From positions 160,001 to 224,000 of the forward strand of contig CAWHXD010000008.1 in NCBI GenBank assembly GCA_963833225.1: 64,000 bases of DNA, given 5' to 3'. The translations under genes and the position numbers were made by a program. Positions 30,233-41,112 of this stretch are shown here, piece by piece. The notes beneath the pieces were generated by a model that saw nothing but the letters and a program-made list of their open reading frames with translations, ran no database searches and was not told the DNA's origin. Source of the stretch: an uncultured Chloroflexia bacterium (GTDB lineage: Bacteria; Chloroflexota; Limnocylindria; Limnocylindrales; CSP1-4). The number at the start of each line of letters is the position of its first letter. Position 1 is the first letter of the stretch.

Positions 30233-30258
30233 CCGCCGGGCAGGCTACCCCGGCGCGG

Positions 30259-31039
30259 TCAGCCGCCGGTGAACGCCACGCGTACCCACGGCGCGGGAGC
30301 CGTCGCCTCCAGCCTGACGCTGCCGTCCTCGATCACGGCGCGGTCCGGCGATCCGGCATGCACCGGACCGACCTCCACGGCATACGACCCCGCCGGTGGC
30401 AGCGCGACCGGGAGCGGGAAGCCGGAGCAGGCTGCCGGTCCCCTGTCCTGTCGCCCGCTCGACGGCCTGGCCCACGACGCAATGCGCACGGCCGAGCAGC
30501 GCGGCCGCCGTGGCGAGGTCGCCGGCCGTGATCGCGGCGCGGACGTCCGTGCTCCGGACGGGCCGGCCGTCGAGCTCGAACGGGGGCACGACGACCACCT
30601 CGAACCCGCGCTCGCCACCCAGGACGGCCAGCGTCTGCGGCGTCCCGGCCCGCTGGTACCCGAACGCTGCGTCCGGGGTCATCAGCAATCCGGCGACGGG
30701 GACCCGGTCCGTGATCATCTCGACGAACGCGCCGTACGTCGTCTCCCGCAGGCGCTGGTCAAAGTGCACGACGACGGTCGTGTCCACGCCGGCGGCAGCC
30801 AGGCGCTCGAGGCGCTCGTCAGGGTCGCACAGGAGCGGCGGCGCCGAGCCGGTGAGGATCTCGTCGGGGTGGTGGTCGAACGTGATCACGACCGGCCTGG
30901 CGCCGCGACGGCGAGCCTCGGTCGCAAGGTGGTCCAGCAGGTACGCGTGGCCCCGGTGGAGGCCGTCGAACACGCCGACCACGACGAACACGGGAACCTC
31001 GGAGCGGGGCAGGTGCTCGAGCCCGCGGGCGACGTGCAT
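30259..31039 (-). CDS. ribF: FAD synthetase (FMN adenylyltransferase) with a degenerate riboflavin kinase domain; frameshift near 30420
   Basis: 'GVFDGLHRGH', 'TFDHHP', 'VRSTDVRAAI..GDL..AAALLGR'. The C-terminus is short and lacks the PTAN motif. Confidence 0.8.
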
Positions 31040-31041
31040 GC

Positions 31042-32032
31042 TCAGCCGACCTCCGCCGGCTCGATGGGCGCGCGCCGCGCGGGCCGGCCGCTCTCGGCGG
31101 CCCGCTCCGCGAGCACCTTGTGGGGGTGGAGCGCGCCCGCGACCGCCCGGCAGACGGCCGCGATCCGGCCGTCAGGCCCGACGGCGAGCACGAGCGGCGC
31201 GTCGCGCACCGCGAACGGCGCCTTGGGGGCGGTGATCAGGCCCTCACCCAGGCGCCGCACCTCGTCGAGCGTGATCTGCGCGTGCGGCAGGTCCTCGAGT
31301 CCGGCGTCGATCGGCCGCAACACCCGCTCGATCCCGGCCGGCCCGTCGGCCGCGTGCTCGCGCAACGACTCGAACGAGATCGCATCCTCGAGCCGGAAGC
31401 TGCCCGAGGCGGTCCGCACCAGCGCCCCGAGGTAGGCGCCGCTCCCGAGGGCCGCCCCGAGGTCCCGGGCAAGCGCCCGGATATAGGTGCCGGCCGAGCA
31501 GCTGACGTCCACGACCGCGACCGGCCGCGCCGGGTCCGATCCGTCCCACTCGAGGAGCGTGGCTTCATGGATCACCACGTCACGCGGCGCGAGCTCGACG
31601 TGCTCGCCGCGCCGGGCCAGCTGGTAGGCACGCCGCCCCTCGATCTGGACCGCCGAGTACACCGGCGGGACCTGGCTGGAGCGGTCCAGTGAAGTCGGCC
31701 AGCGCCCGCTCGACGGCCTCCCGGTCCAGGGCCGGCCCGTCGATCGGGGTCCGCTCGCCATCGATGTCGTCCGTGGTCGATGTGGCCCCGAAGCAGATCG
31801 TCGCCCGGTAGCGCTTGGTGCCCGTGAGGTGGTACTCGACCAGGCGCGTGGCCCTGCCCAGGAAGACGGGGAGCACCCCGGCGGCGAACGGATCCAGGGT
31901 GCCGCCATGTCCCACGCGGCGCGTGGACGACAGGCGCCGGACCAGCCCCACCACGTCGTGGGAGGTCGGACCGGAGGGCTTGGCGACGATGAGCACGCCG
32001 TCGAGGCCCCCGCGACGGTCCCGCGGGCTCAA
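31042..32032 (-). CDS. truB: tRNA pseudouridine(55) synthase (frameshift near 31680)
   Basis: 'KPSGPTSHDVV', 'GHGGTLDPFAAGVL', 'QVPPVYSA', 'CSAGTYIRALARD'. Confidence 0.93.
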
Positions 32033-33066
32033 CGCCGGACCTCGGCGGCGAGGCGTTCCGCTACCTCGCGAACCGCGGTGACCGCGGCCTCGAGCGATAG
32101 CGGCACGGTGGCCCCCGCCGCGCGTGCGTGGCCGCCACCGCCCCACGTCCCGGTGAGCACCGTGGCATCGACCCCGCCCGGCTTGGTGCGGACGGAGAGC
32201 CTCGTCGTGCCGTCGTCCTGCTCCTTGAGCAGCATCGAGACCTCGGCCAGCTCCGCCTGGGCGAGCAGGTCGATGATCCCCTCGGAGTGGGCCGGCATGG
32301 ACCCGGTCTGGTCGAGGTCGGCGGCGCGCAGCGTGGACCACACGACGCGCCGGTCGGGCGTGGTATCGAGGCGGTCCAGGACGCGCCCGAAGAGCCGCAG
32401 CTGGGCATCCGGCTTGGTGCGGTAGAGCCGGCGCGAGATGTCGGACAGCGGCGCCCCCGCCTCCATGAGCGCGGCCGAGACGGCGAGCGTCCGGGGCGTG
32501 GCATTCGGATGCGCGAAGGTCGCCGTGTCCATCACGATGCCGGCCATCAGGACCGCAGCCAGGGTCCCATCGCCCAGGTCGAGCGGCAGGCCGAGACGGA
32601 CCGCGAGCAGCGCCACGAGCTCGCAGGTCGCCGCGGCTCCCGGGTCGATCCAGTCGGCGTCGTTGGTGGCCTCGTTCGACGCGTGGTGGTCCACGATCAC
32701 CCTCGGCAGCGAGCCAAACAGGTCCGCGTGCCTCTGGGCCACGCCGCCGACGCGCTCGGCCGTGGCGCAGTCCGCGAGCACGAGCAGGTCGTAGGCCACG
32801 TCGGGATCGGGATCGGGATCCGTCAGGAACCGGTCCATTCCCGGCAGGAATGCGTACAGGGGCGGCACCGGATCCGTGGAGATGGCGGTCGCCCTGCCGC
32901 CCAGCGCCTCCACGATCAGGCACAGGCCCATCACCGCTCCGAGCGTGTCCGCGTCGGGGTGCTCGTGGGAGACCGCGAGCACGTTGCGCGCCCCGCGCAG
33001 GCGCGCGAGCGCCGCCGACGGGACGGCGTCGCGGGCAAGCAGCGAGAGGTCCACGGCCCGGCTCAC
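32029..33066 (-). CDS. nrnA: DHH/DHHA1 phosphoesterase (NrnA nanoRNase/pAp phosphatase)
   Basis: 'HEHPDADTLG', 'IVDHH', 'GIVMDT', 'GGGGHARAAG'. Canonical position between rbfA and truB. Confidence 0.9.
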   Translation of the reverse strand: MSRAVDLSLLARDAVPSAALARLRGARNVLAVSHEHPDADTLGAVMGLCLIVEALGGRATAISTDPVPPLYAFLPGMDRFLTDPDPDPDVAYDLLVLADCATAERVGGVAQRHADLFGSLPRVIVDHHASNEATNDADWIDPGAAATCELVALLAVRLGLPLDLGDGTLAAVLMAGIVMDTATFAHPNATPRTLAVSAALMEAGAPLSDISRRLYRTKPDAQLRLFGRVLDRLDTTPDRRVVWSTLRAADLDQTGSMPAHSEGIIDLLAQAELAEVSMLLKEQDDGTTRLSVRTKPGGVDATVLTGTWGGGGHARAAGATVPLSLEAAVTAVREVAERLAAEVRR

Positions 33067-33659
33067 GCGCGGTGGCTCCGCGGCGACCGGCGCGGCGACC
33101 CCGACGGCGGGCCTCCACGTCGGCTGGACCGGCCGCCGGGTCCACGACCGGGCGCCGGGCGGCGTCCCGTGGGGGCCGGCGGGATGGCGGGCAGACCCCC
33201 CTCGCCACCGGGCGAGCCGGTGGCCGCGTCCTCGACCGGCTCCGCGTCACCCTCGTGCGGCAGGCGCTTGACCGGTGTGGGAAGGGACTCGTTGATGGGC
33301 GCGATCTCGTCGGGATCCACGCCCTTCTCCAGCTCGTTGATCAGGTGCAGGATGCGGGTCCCCCGCGCCGCGGAGTCATCGAGGTGCACGTGCAGGTCCG
33401 GGATCCGCCGGATCCGCAGGCGCTTGCCCAGCTCGTGCCGGATGAACGGCATCGCCGCCCGGAGCGCGCGCAGCGTCTCGTCGCGGTCGCCCTTCTGGCC
33501 GATCACGCTGACCCACACCTTGGCATGGCGAAGATCCGGGGTGGTCTCCACGTCCGTGATGGTCGCAAAGCCGATCCGTGGATCGCCGATCTCCTTGGCG
33601 AGCAGCGCGCCGATCTCCTGGCGGAGGAGCTCGTCGACGCGCTCCGTGCGCTGGCTCAT
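33063..33659 (-). CDS. rbfA: Ribosome-binding factor A with a C-terminal extension
   Basis: 'MSQRTERVDELLRQEI..DPRIGF.TITDVETTPDLRHAKVWVS', 'LRIRRIPDLH'. Confidence 0.93.
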   Translation of the reverse strand: MSQRTERVDELLRQEIGALLAKEIGDPRIGFATITDVETTPDLRHAKVWVSVIGQKGDRDETLRALRAAMPFIRHELGKRLRIRRIPDLHVHLDDSAARGTRILHLINELEKGVDPDEIAPINESLPTPVKRLPHEGDAEPVEDAATGSPGGEGGLPAIPPAPTGRRPAPGRGPGGRSSRRGGPPSGSPRRSPRSHRA

Positions 33660-33690
33660 CTGGTGCTCCGGCTGGTGCCGCCGCGCGCGG

Positions 33691-35598
33691 CTAGCCGGCG
33701 ACCCGGCTGCGCACCTGGTTCGTGAAGCACTCGATGATGTCGCCTTCGACCAGGTCGTTGAACCCGGCGAGACCGATGCCACACTCGAGGTTCTGGGCCA
33801 CCTCGCGCACGTCGTCGCGGAAGCGGCGAAGCGAGTCCAGCTTGTCCGTCGCGATCAACTTGCCACCGCGGTACACCCGGGCGCCCCCCGCGCGGACGAT
33901 GCGTCCGTCGGTGACGAAGCAGCCGGCGATGACCGTGCTCTTGCCGACCTTGAAGATCTGCCGAACCTCCGCGCGACCCTCGACCACCTCGACGATCTCC
34001 GGCTCGAGCATGCCCTTGAGGGCAAGGTCGATGTCGTCCGTGAGCTTGTAGATGATGTCGTACAGGCGGTAGTCGACGCCCTCGGCCTCGGCGGCCCGGC
34101 GCGCGGTGTCCGTGATCCCGGTGTTGAACCCGACGACGATCGCGTTCGACGCCGTCGCGAGCATGATGTCGTTGTCGGTGATGTCGCCCGCGGCCTCGAG
34201 CAGGACGTTGATCTTGACCTCGTCCGTGCTGAGCTGCTGGAGCGCGTGGGTGATCGCTCCGAGCGAGCCCGACACGTCGGACTTGAGGATCACCCGCAGC
34301 TCCTTGGCCTGGCCGGCCTGGATCTGCTTGTACAGGTCCTCGAGCGTCGCGCGGCTGGAGCCCGCCCCGGCCAGGGCGAGGGCGGCGTTCTTGCGTGCCT
34401 CAACCCGCTCGCGCGCCACCGTGACGTCCTTGACGACGCGGAGGATGTCGCCGGCCTCCGGCACGTCGGACAGCCCGAGGATGACCGCGGCCGTGGCTGG
34501 GCCCGCCTTGGCGATCCGCTTGCCGGCCGAGTTCTCGAGGGCCTTGATCTTGCCATGCGTGTTGCCGGCCACCACGGAGTCACCGACCTTGAGCGTGCCG
34601 GTCTGCACGATGATCGTCGCGACGGGGCCGCGTCCCTTGTCGAGCCGGGCCTCGATGACGGTGCCCACGGCGTCCCGCTTGGGGTTGGCCTTGAGCTCCT
34701 GCAGGTCGGCGACCAGCAGGATCATCTCGAGCAGCGAGTCGATGCCGACCCGGCTCTTCGCGGACACCGCCACCATCGGCGTGTCGCCACCGTAGTCCTC
34801 GATCACGACGCCGGTCTCGGCCAGCTCGTTCTTGACCCGGTCCGGGTTGGCGTCCTGCTTGTCGATCTTGTTCAACGCGATCACGAGCGGAACCTTGGCC
34901 GCCTTGGCGTGGCTGATCGCCTCCAGCGTCTGGGGCATCACGCCATCGTCGGCCGCAACCACGATCACCGCGATGTCGGTGACCCTGGCGCCACGCGCCC
35001 GCATCGAGGTGAACGCCTCGTGGCCCGGGGTGTCGAGGAACACGACGCGCTTGCCGTCCTTCGTGGTGACCTCGGACGCGCCGATATGCTGGGTGATGCC
35101 GCCCCGCTCGCCGGACGCGACGGTCGTCGAGCGGATGGCGTCGAGCAGGCTCGTCTTGCCGTGGTCGACGTGTCCCATGACGGTGACGATCGGGGCGCGG
35201 TCAACGAGCGAGGACGGATCATCCTCGTCCTCGTCCCACAGCTGCTCCTTCGCCGCCTCGGCGGGGGTTCCGCCCTCCTCGGCCTCATCCTCGCTGGCGG
35301 CCGTGGCCTCGGCGACCTGGTAGCCCAGCTCCTCGGTGATGAGGGAGGCCGTGTCGCGGTCGATCAGCTGGTTGATGGTCGCGAAGATGCCGCTCTTGAT
35401 CAGCTCGCGAATGATGTCGGCAGGGCTGGTGCCGAGCAGATCCGCAAGGTCTTTGACGGTGATCGTTCCCGGCAGCTCGATCGCGCCGCGCTCGCTCGGA
35501 TCAACGACCGAGACGGCGCCCGGCGTGAATCCACCCTGGCGGCGCGGCGGCTTGCGGGGGCCGCGACGGCCGCGGGTGCCGCTCCTACTTCGGGCCAT
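33691..35598 (-). CDS. infB: Translation initiation factor IF-2 (short form, 635 aa)
   Basis: '[12 protein letters not shown]', 'GGITQHIGA', 'DTPGHEAF'. ATG 35598 with an AGGAGG RBS. Confidence 0.97.
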   Translation of the reverse strand: MARSRSGTRGRRGPRKPPRRQGGFTPGAVSVVDPSERGAIELPGTITVKDLADLLGTSPADIIRELIKSGIFATINQLIDRDTASLITEELGYQVAEATAASEDEAEEGGTPAEAAKEQLWDEDEDDPSSLVDRAPIVTVMGHVDHGKTSLLDAIRSTTVASGERGGITQHIGASEVTTKDGKRVVFLDTPGHEAFTSMRARGARVTDIAVIVVAADDGVMPQTLEAISHAKAAKVPLVIALNKIDKQDANPDRVKNELAETGVVIEDYGGDTPMVAVSAKSRVGIDSLLEMILLVADLQELKANPKRDAVGTVIEARLDKGRGPVATIIVQTGTLKVGDSVVAGNTHGKIKALENSAGKRIAKAGPATAAVILGLSDVPEAGDILRVVKDVTVARERVEARKNAALALAGAGSSRATLEDLYKQIQAGQAKELRVILKSDVSGSLGAITHALQQLSTDEVKINVLLEAAGDITDNDIMLATASNAIVVGFNTGITDTARRAAEAEGVDYRLYDIIYKLTDDIDLALKGMLEPEIVEVVEGRAEVRQIFKVGKSTVIAGCFVTDGRIVRAGGARVYRGGKLIATDKLDSLRRFRDDVREVAQNLECGIGLAGFNDLVEGDIIECFTNQVRSRVAG

Positions 35599-35959
35599 GG
35601 GCTCCTCCTTGGTGATCGTCGGGTTCGGGGTCGGCGCCGATGGCGCGGTGAGTGTCTGTGGTGTTCGCGGTGGCCGGCATCGCCGGGCCCGATGCGAGGG
35701 CGGCGACGACGTCGTCGGGAAGGGCCATCCCGAGCGCGTGCTCAAGCGATCGCTTGCGACCGGCCAGGGTCCAGCACTCGCCGCTGCGGCACAGGTAGGC
35801 GCCCCGGCCGGGCATGCGGCCGGTGGGGTCGATGGCCACGGTCCCCTGCGGCGAGCGGACCACGCGGACCAGGTCCTGCTTGGGCCGCGGCGTGCGGCAG
35901 GCAACGCAACTCCGCTCCGGGAGCCGGCGCGGCGTGGCGAACCGGGACCGACCGGCCAC
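35585..35959 (-). CDS. ylxR: YlxR/RnpM family RNA-binding protein
   Basis: 'PERSCVACR..PKQDLVRVVR..DPTGRMPGRGAYLC'. Confidence 0.9.
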   Translation of the reverse strand: MAGRSRFATPRRLPERSCVACRTPRPKQDLVRVVRSPQGTVAIDPTGRMPGRGAYLCRSGECWTLAGRKRSLEHALGMALPDDVVAALASGPAMPATANTTDTHRAIGADPEPDDHQGGAHGPK

Positions 35960-35967
35960 CGCGGCGC

Positions 35968-37257
35968 CTACGACGACACCTCCTCGGAGGCCTTCTTCTT
36001 GCGGCTCTTCTTCACCGGGGCGGCGGGGGCGGGCTCACCTGCCGCGACCGGCACATCGGGCGATGCATCGGCAGCGACGGCCTCGCTCGGGGGTGCGGGC
36101 GGGGCCTCGGGCTCGGCGACGGCCTCGGATACGGGTTCGGCAACGGCCTCGGGGGCCGGCTCGGCAACGGCCTCGGATACGGGTTCGGCAACGGCCTCGG
36201 GGGCCGGCTCGGCAACGACCTCGGCGGCGGGCGCATCGCTCCGGATGTCGATCCGCCAGCCCGTCAATCGTGCCGCGAGCCGCGCGTTCTGGCCCTCTCG
36301 GCCAATGGCCAGCGACAACATCCGCTCGGGCACCGTCACGTTTGCGATCCGGTGCTCCTCGTCGATCTGGACCCCGATGACCTGGGCCGGTGACAGCGCG
36401 TTCGCCACGAACACCGACGGGTCCTCGTTCCACGGGATCACGTCGATCTTCTCGCCGGCCAGCTCCGCGACCACCGCCTGGACGCGAGCTCCGCGCTGGC
36501 CCACCGTCGCGCCGACCGGGTCCAGCCCGTCCTGGCGCGAGGCCACCGCGACCTTGCTGCGCGAACCCGCCTCGCGGGCGATCGCCTTGATCTCCACCGT
36601 CCCGGCGTGGATCTCCGGGACCTCCAGCTCGAACAGCCGGCGCAGGAAGCCCTTGTGGGTCCGGCTCACCATGACCTGCGGCCCGCGGGCACTGCGACGC
36701 ACCTCGAGCACGAATGCCTTCACCGGCTGACCGATGCGGTAGTGCTCGAGCGGGCTCTGCTCGCTCGTCTGGAGGACCGCCTCGTCGCCCTTGCCCACGT
36801 CGAGGATGATCGCTCGCGGCTCCACGCGGCTGACCGAACCGGTGAGGATCTCGCCCTCACGGGCCAGGAGCTGGTCGTAGCGCTGGTCGCGCTCGACCTC
36901 GCGCATCCGCTGGAGGATGATCTGCTTGGCGGTCTGGGCGCCGATCCGGCCGAAGTGCTCCGCGTCGAGCTGCTCGATCTCGATGACCTCGCCCGCGCTG
37001 GCCTCGGGGTGCGACTGGCGGGCCTCGTCCACGGTCACCTCGACCATGGGATCCTCGACCTCGTCGACGACGTGGCGGCCGCGGTACACGCGGATCTCGC
37101 CGGTGCCGGGCTCGATGCGGACGAAGATGTCCTCCTCACCAGCGACCCGGCGATAGGCAGCCTGGATCCCCTCCTCCACGGCGCGGATCAGCGCCTCCTG
37201 GGGAACCTGCTTCTCGGCGTTGAGCTGGAGCAGCGCACCGACGAAGTCACGACTCAT
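35968..37257 (-). CDS. nusA: Transcription termination/antitermination factor NusA
   Basis: '[11 protein letters not shown]', 'FELEVPEI', 'AREAGSRSK', '[23 protein letters not shown]'. Acidic repeat tail. Confidence 0.97.
   Translation of the reverse strand: MSRDFVGALLQLNAEKQVPQEALIRAVEEGIQAAYRRVAGEEDIFVRIEPGTGEIRVYRGRHVVDEVEDPMVEVTVDEARQSHPEASAGEVIEIEQLDAEHFGRIGAQTAKQIILQRMREVERDQRYDQLLAREGEILTGSVSRVEPRAIILDVGKGDEAVLQTSEQSPLEHYRIGQPVKAFVLEVRRSARGPQVMVSRTHKGFLRRLFELEVPEIHAGTVEIKAIAREAGSRSKVAVASRQDGLDPVGATVGQRGARVQAVVAELAGEKIDVIPWNEDPSVFVANALSPAQVIGVQIDEEHRIANVTVPERMLSLAIGREGQNARLAARLTGWRIDIRSDAPAAEVVAEPAPEAVAEPVSEAVAEPAPEAVAEPVSEAVAEPEAPPAPPSEAVAADASPDVPVAAGEPAPAAPVKKSRKKKASEEVSS
36110..36225 (-). 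repeat. 48-bp tandem repeat in the nusA tail ([16 protein letters not shown])
   Basis: acggcctcggatacgggttcggcaacggcctcgggggccggctcggca occurs twice in tandem. Confidence 0.8.
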
Positions 37258-37306
37258 CCTGTGCCTCCCTGCTTCGCCGTTGCTCCAGCGACCGCACAGT
37301 CCACAC

Positions 37307-37335
37307 AAAGAAACGTGGGCTGGTCACCCACGTTC
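37307..37335 (-). promoter_or_regulatory. rimP-leader-type terminator hairpin upstream of nusA
   Basis: Minus strand reads GAACGTGGG-TGACCAG-CCCACGTT-TCTTT: a GGG..CCC stem plus U-tract, between the promoter and nusA. Confidence 0.7.
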
Positions 37336-37362
37336 GGTGGCGGCCTCGTTGTATTGGGCGGG

Positions 37363-37391
37363 AGTATACACCCGGGCCCGTGGACCCTCAA
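37363..37391 (-). promoter_or_regulatory. Sigma70 promoter of the nusA-infB operon
   Basis: TTGAGG, 17 nt spacer, TATACT on the minus strand. Confidence 0.65.
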
Positions 37392-37405
37392 TCGCGCCGG
37401 CTGCC

Positions 37406-38645
37406 TCAGGGTTGGCTGCCGTACCGCCGCTCCACGTACCGCCTCCATCAGGTCGATGAACTCGGGCACGATCGCGTCGCCACGCAGCGTGCGATCGAGC
37501 TTCCCATCCACGAACACGGGCGCCACGGGCGCCTCGAACGTGCCCGGCAGGCTGATCCCGATGTCGGCGTGCTTGGACTCCCCGGGTCCGTTGACCACGC
37601 AGCCCATGACCGCGACCTTGAGCTCCTCGACGCCCGGGTAGGCCTCGCGCCACTCGGGCATCCGGACCTTGATGTGGTCCGTGATGTCGCGCGCCATCTC
37701 CTGGAAGAACGTGGACGTGGTCCGGCCGCAGCCGGGGCAGGCCGAGACCTGGGGCAGGAACGAGCGCAGACCCATCGACTGGAGCACCTGCTGCGCGACC
37801 TCGACCTCCAGCTCGCGTCCGGCCCCGGGCTCGGGCGTCAGCGAGACGCGGATCGTGTCCCCGATCCCCTCGTTGAGCAGGATCGCAAGCCCCGCCGTCG
37901 ACGTCACCATCCCCTTCATGCCCATGCCCGCCTCGGTCAGCCCCAGGTGGAGCGGGTAGTCCGAGCGCGGCGCCAGTCGCCGGTACGTGTCCACGAGGTC
38001 CCGCACGCCCGAGACCTTGGCCGAGATGATGATCCGGTCGTGTCGCAGCCCGGTCGCCTCGGCAAGCTCCGCCGAGCGCATCGCCGACTCGATCATGGCC
38101 TCGATCATCACGTCCCGGGCATCGCGCGGCTCCACGAGCTTCGCGTTGGCCTCCATCAGGTCCGTGAGCAGCTGCTGATCCAGCGAGCCCCAGTTGACCC
38201 CGATCCGGACCGGCTTGTCGTGCTCGATCGCCGCCCGGATGATGGTGGTGAAGTTCTGGTCGTGGTACTTGCCCCCGACGTTGCCCGGGTTGATGCGGTA
38301 CTTCGCGATGGCCGCGGCCATCTCCGGGAACTCCACCAGGAGCTTGTGGCCGTTGTAGTGGAAGTCGCCGATGACTGGCACGTCCACGCCCAGGTTGTCG
38401 CGCAGCTTGCGCATCATCTCGGGCACCGCGGCCGCCGCCTCCTCGGTGTTGACCGTGACACGCACGAGCTGCGAGCCGGCATGGGCGAGACGCGCGACCT
38501 GGAGCGCGGTCGAATCCGGATCGGCTGTGTCGGTGTTGGTCATCGACTGCACGACCACCGGGTGGGCGGATCCGACGAGCACGCCCCCGACGTCGACCGA
38601 CACGGTCGGGCGGCGGACCGGCCTGAGGCTGTCCGGGGTCGTCAT
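37406..38645 (-). CDS. ispG: HMBPP synthase (flavodoxin-dependent); frameshift near 37440
   Basis: 'VQSMTNTDT', 'RINPGN', 'RIGVNWGSL', 'CPGCGRT', '[11 protein letters not shown]'. Confidence 0.95.
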
Positions 38646-39886
38646 GGGGTCCCGCCGCCGGTCACCAGGCGCACGATGTCAAAGCCGGTGACCCAGATCA
38701 GGAACCCGAACAGGGCGATGAACCCCACCGCGTAGGTCAGCTGCTCGGCGCGCAGCGAGATCCGGCGGCCGTAGCGCGGGATCGCCTTGAGCATGAGCAT
38801 GAGCATTCGTCCGCCGTCGAGCGGCGGGAACGGCAGGAAGTTCACGAGGGCAAGGTTGGCCGAGAGGATGCCGGCGACGTAGATCGTCATCACGATCCCG
38901 CTGCCGCGGAAGGTGTCGCCGAGGGAGGTGGCGATGCCCACCGGCCCCGACACCGGCGGCGCCTGGGTCGGGTTGGCGATGAACGAGCTCACGAGGCCGC
39001 TGAGCCCGTCGATGATGAGCCCGAACCAGCGGAACGTCTCCTGCCAGCCGATGCTCGCGGCCTCGCCGATCGGCCGCCCCGTGTAGTCACCGGTGAACAC
39101 GTACTCGAACCCGCCGGCCGCGGCGCGGATCCCCAGCGCGCCCTGACCCGCGTCGACCTCCGCCTTCGACCGCAGCGTGGCCTGGACCGTGTCCCGTGAT
39201 CCATCGGCACGCAGGATGCCGAGCGTGACGGTCTGGCCGGCCCTGGTGCGCAGGTCCGTGATCGGAGATGCCCCCTCGTACGGCCCGAAGAAGTCGTAGC
39301 GCGTCCCATCGATGGTCAGGATCGCGTCGCCGTCCCGGAGCCCCGCGGCCGCGGCCGGTGAGGCCGGCTCGACCTGGTCGAACCGCAGCCCGACGTACGG
39401 CGTGGCGAACCACGCGATCGAGGTGAAGATCGCGAGCGCGAGCACCAGGTTCATGAACACGCCGGCGACCAGGATCAGCAGCTTGGTCACCAGGCGGGCC
39501 TTGCCAAACGAGCGCGGGTCGAAGCCGTCGCCGCCGTTCTCGTCCTCGAGCTTCACGAAGCCGCCGATGGGCAGCCAGTTGAGCGTGTACTCGGTGCCGA
39601 GCGGTGCTGCCGGCGTCTCGAGCAGCGCCTCGGATGCCGCCTCGTCGTCGCGCACGGCCTCGAGCGCCTCGGCGCGGGCACGGGCGTACGACTCGGTGTC
39701 GGCCGCCGACACGCCGCCGCGGCCAAGCGAGCGAGCCCTGGGCGGGAAGCCGACGCCGAACTCCAGGACCCGGATCCGGGCGATCCGGGCCGTGATGAAG
39801 TGACCCAGCTCGTGGAACAGGACGATCCCGCCCAGCACCACGATGAACAGCACGATCGAGACGATCGTGTCGATGATGGCCGTCAT
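38642..39886 (-). CDS. rseP: RIP metalloprotease RseP (M50 family with PDZ domain)
   Basis: 'HELGH', 'LPIGGFV', 'AGVFMN', PDZ 'SPAAAAGL', '[11 protein letters not shown]'. Confidence 0.92.
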   Translation of the reverse strand: MTAIIDTIVSIVLFIVVLGGIVLFHELGHFITARIARIRVLEFGVGFPPRARSLGRGGVSAADTESYARARAEALEAVRDDEAASEALLETPAAPLGTEYTLNWLPIGGFVKLEDENGGDGFDPRSFGKARLVTKLLILVAGVFMNLVLALAIFTSIAWFATPYVGLRFDQVEPASPAAAAGLRDGDAILTIDGTRYDFFGPYEGASPITDLRTRAGQTVTLGILRADGSRDTVQATLRSKAEVDAGQGALGIRAAAGGFEYVFTGDYTGRPIGEAASIGWQETFRWFGLIIDGLSGLVSSFIANPTQAPPVSGPVGIATSLGDTFRGSGIVMTIYVAGILSANLALVNFLPFPPLDGGRMLMLMLKAIPRYGRRISLRAEQLTYAVGFIALFGFLIWVTGFDIVRLVTGGGTP

Positions 39887-41112
39887 GCGGGACCTCCGAT
39901 GGGACCGGTCGCGAAGGCGGCGCGGACCTCGCGGTCCAGCTCGACGAGCGCGGGCAGGTCGGGCGCCTGGTCGGGTCCGTCACCGAACCGGCGCACCGCC
40001 GCCTCGAGCAGACGTGGGATCCCCGGGAAGTCCAGGGTGCGGTCAAGGAACCGGGCAACCGCCACCTCGTCCGCGGCGATCAACGCCGCCGACGCGCGGG
40101 GGCCCATCCGCCCCGCCTCGCGGGCGATCCGGAGCGCGGGGAAGCGGTTCTCGTCGGGCGCACGGAAGTCGAGCCGGGCGGTCGCCACCAGGTCGGGCGG
40201 CGTCGTCGGCGACGGGAGGCGCTCGGGATAGGTCAGGGCATACTGGATGGGGAGCCGCATGTCAGGAGTGCCAAGCTGGGCCTTGAGGGAGCCGTCGATG
40301 AACAGGACGGCAGAGTGGACGACGCTCTGGGGATGCACGACGACGTCGATGGCGTCGTAGTCCACATCGTAGAGCCAGTGGGCCTCGATGACCTCCAGGC
40401 CCTTGTTGGCGAGAGTGGCGGAGTCGATGGTGATCTTGGCCCCCATCGTCCATGTCGGGTGGCGGAGCGCACGGTCAGGGGTGATCGCGCCCAGCTCGGC
40501 GGCTGGCGTATCGAGGAACGGGCCGCCCGACGCCGTCAGCACCAGGCGGGCGATCCCTGCGGGCGATTCGCCGACGAGGCACTGCCAGATGGCCGAATGC
40601 TCGGAATCGATCGGGCGCAGCCATGCCAGCGGCGTCCCCAGCGGGTCGCCGGGACTCGTCGCGGCGCGCATGGCGGCGTTGCGATGGGCCTCGGGCATCA
40701 CCAGGTGACCGCCCGCGACCAGCGTCTCCTTGTTGGCAGTGGCGACAACCTTGCCGGCGGCGAGCGCCGCCAGCGTCGGCCGCAGCGAGACGACGCCGCC
40801 GGTGCCCACGATCACGAGGTCGACATCGTCACGGGTCGCCATCTCGACCATCGCGTCCACGCCGGCCAGCCGGCGGGTGGTGGCGGGCAGGTCCAGCGAC
40901 ACCGCATCGTCGGCAAGGGCCGCGACGGCCGGGCCCACGCGTCGGGCCTGCGCCTCGAGCTCCGCGGCGTTCCGCCCGGTTGCCAGGGCGACCACCCGGA
41001 ACCGGTCGGCGTGGGCCTCGAGCACCTCGACCGTCTGTCGGCCGATGCTCCCGGTGGAGCCCAGCAGGGCGACGCCAAGGCGCCGCCCGTCAGCCAACGA
41101 GCGCGACGACAT
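39883..41112 (-). CDS. dxr: 1-deoxy-D-xylulose-5-phosphate reductoisomerase
   Basis: 'LGSTGSIG', 'ANKE', 'PIDSEHSAI', 'HPTWTMGAKITIDSATLANKGLE'. Confidence 0.96.
   Translation of the reverse strand: MSSRSLADGRRLGVALLGSTGSIGRQTVEVLEAHADRFRVVALATGRNAAELEAQARRVGPAVAALADDAVSLDLPATTRRLAGVDAMVEMATRDDVDLVIVGTGGVVSLRPTLAALAAGKVVATANKETLVAGGHLVMPEAHRNAAMRAATSPGDPLGTPLAWLRPIDSEHSAIWQCLVGESPAGIARLVLTASGGPFLDTPAAELGAITPDRALRHPTWTMGAKITIDSATLANKGLEVIEAHWLYDVDYDAIDVVVHPQSVVHSAVLFIDGSLKAQLGTPDMRLPIQYALTYPERLPSPTTPPDLVATARLDFRAPDENRFPALRIAREAGRMGPRASAALIAADEVAVARFLDRTLDFPGIPRLLEAAVRRFGDGPDQAPDLPALVELDREVRAAFATGPIGGPA

Noticed and set aside
32128-36393. 1421-aa plus-strand ORF and similar long antisense ORFs (e.g. 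14344..16989, 10445..12553)
   Set aside because: Shadow ORFs opposite real genes, expected from high GC at third codon positions. No recognisable motifs.
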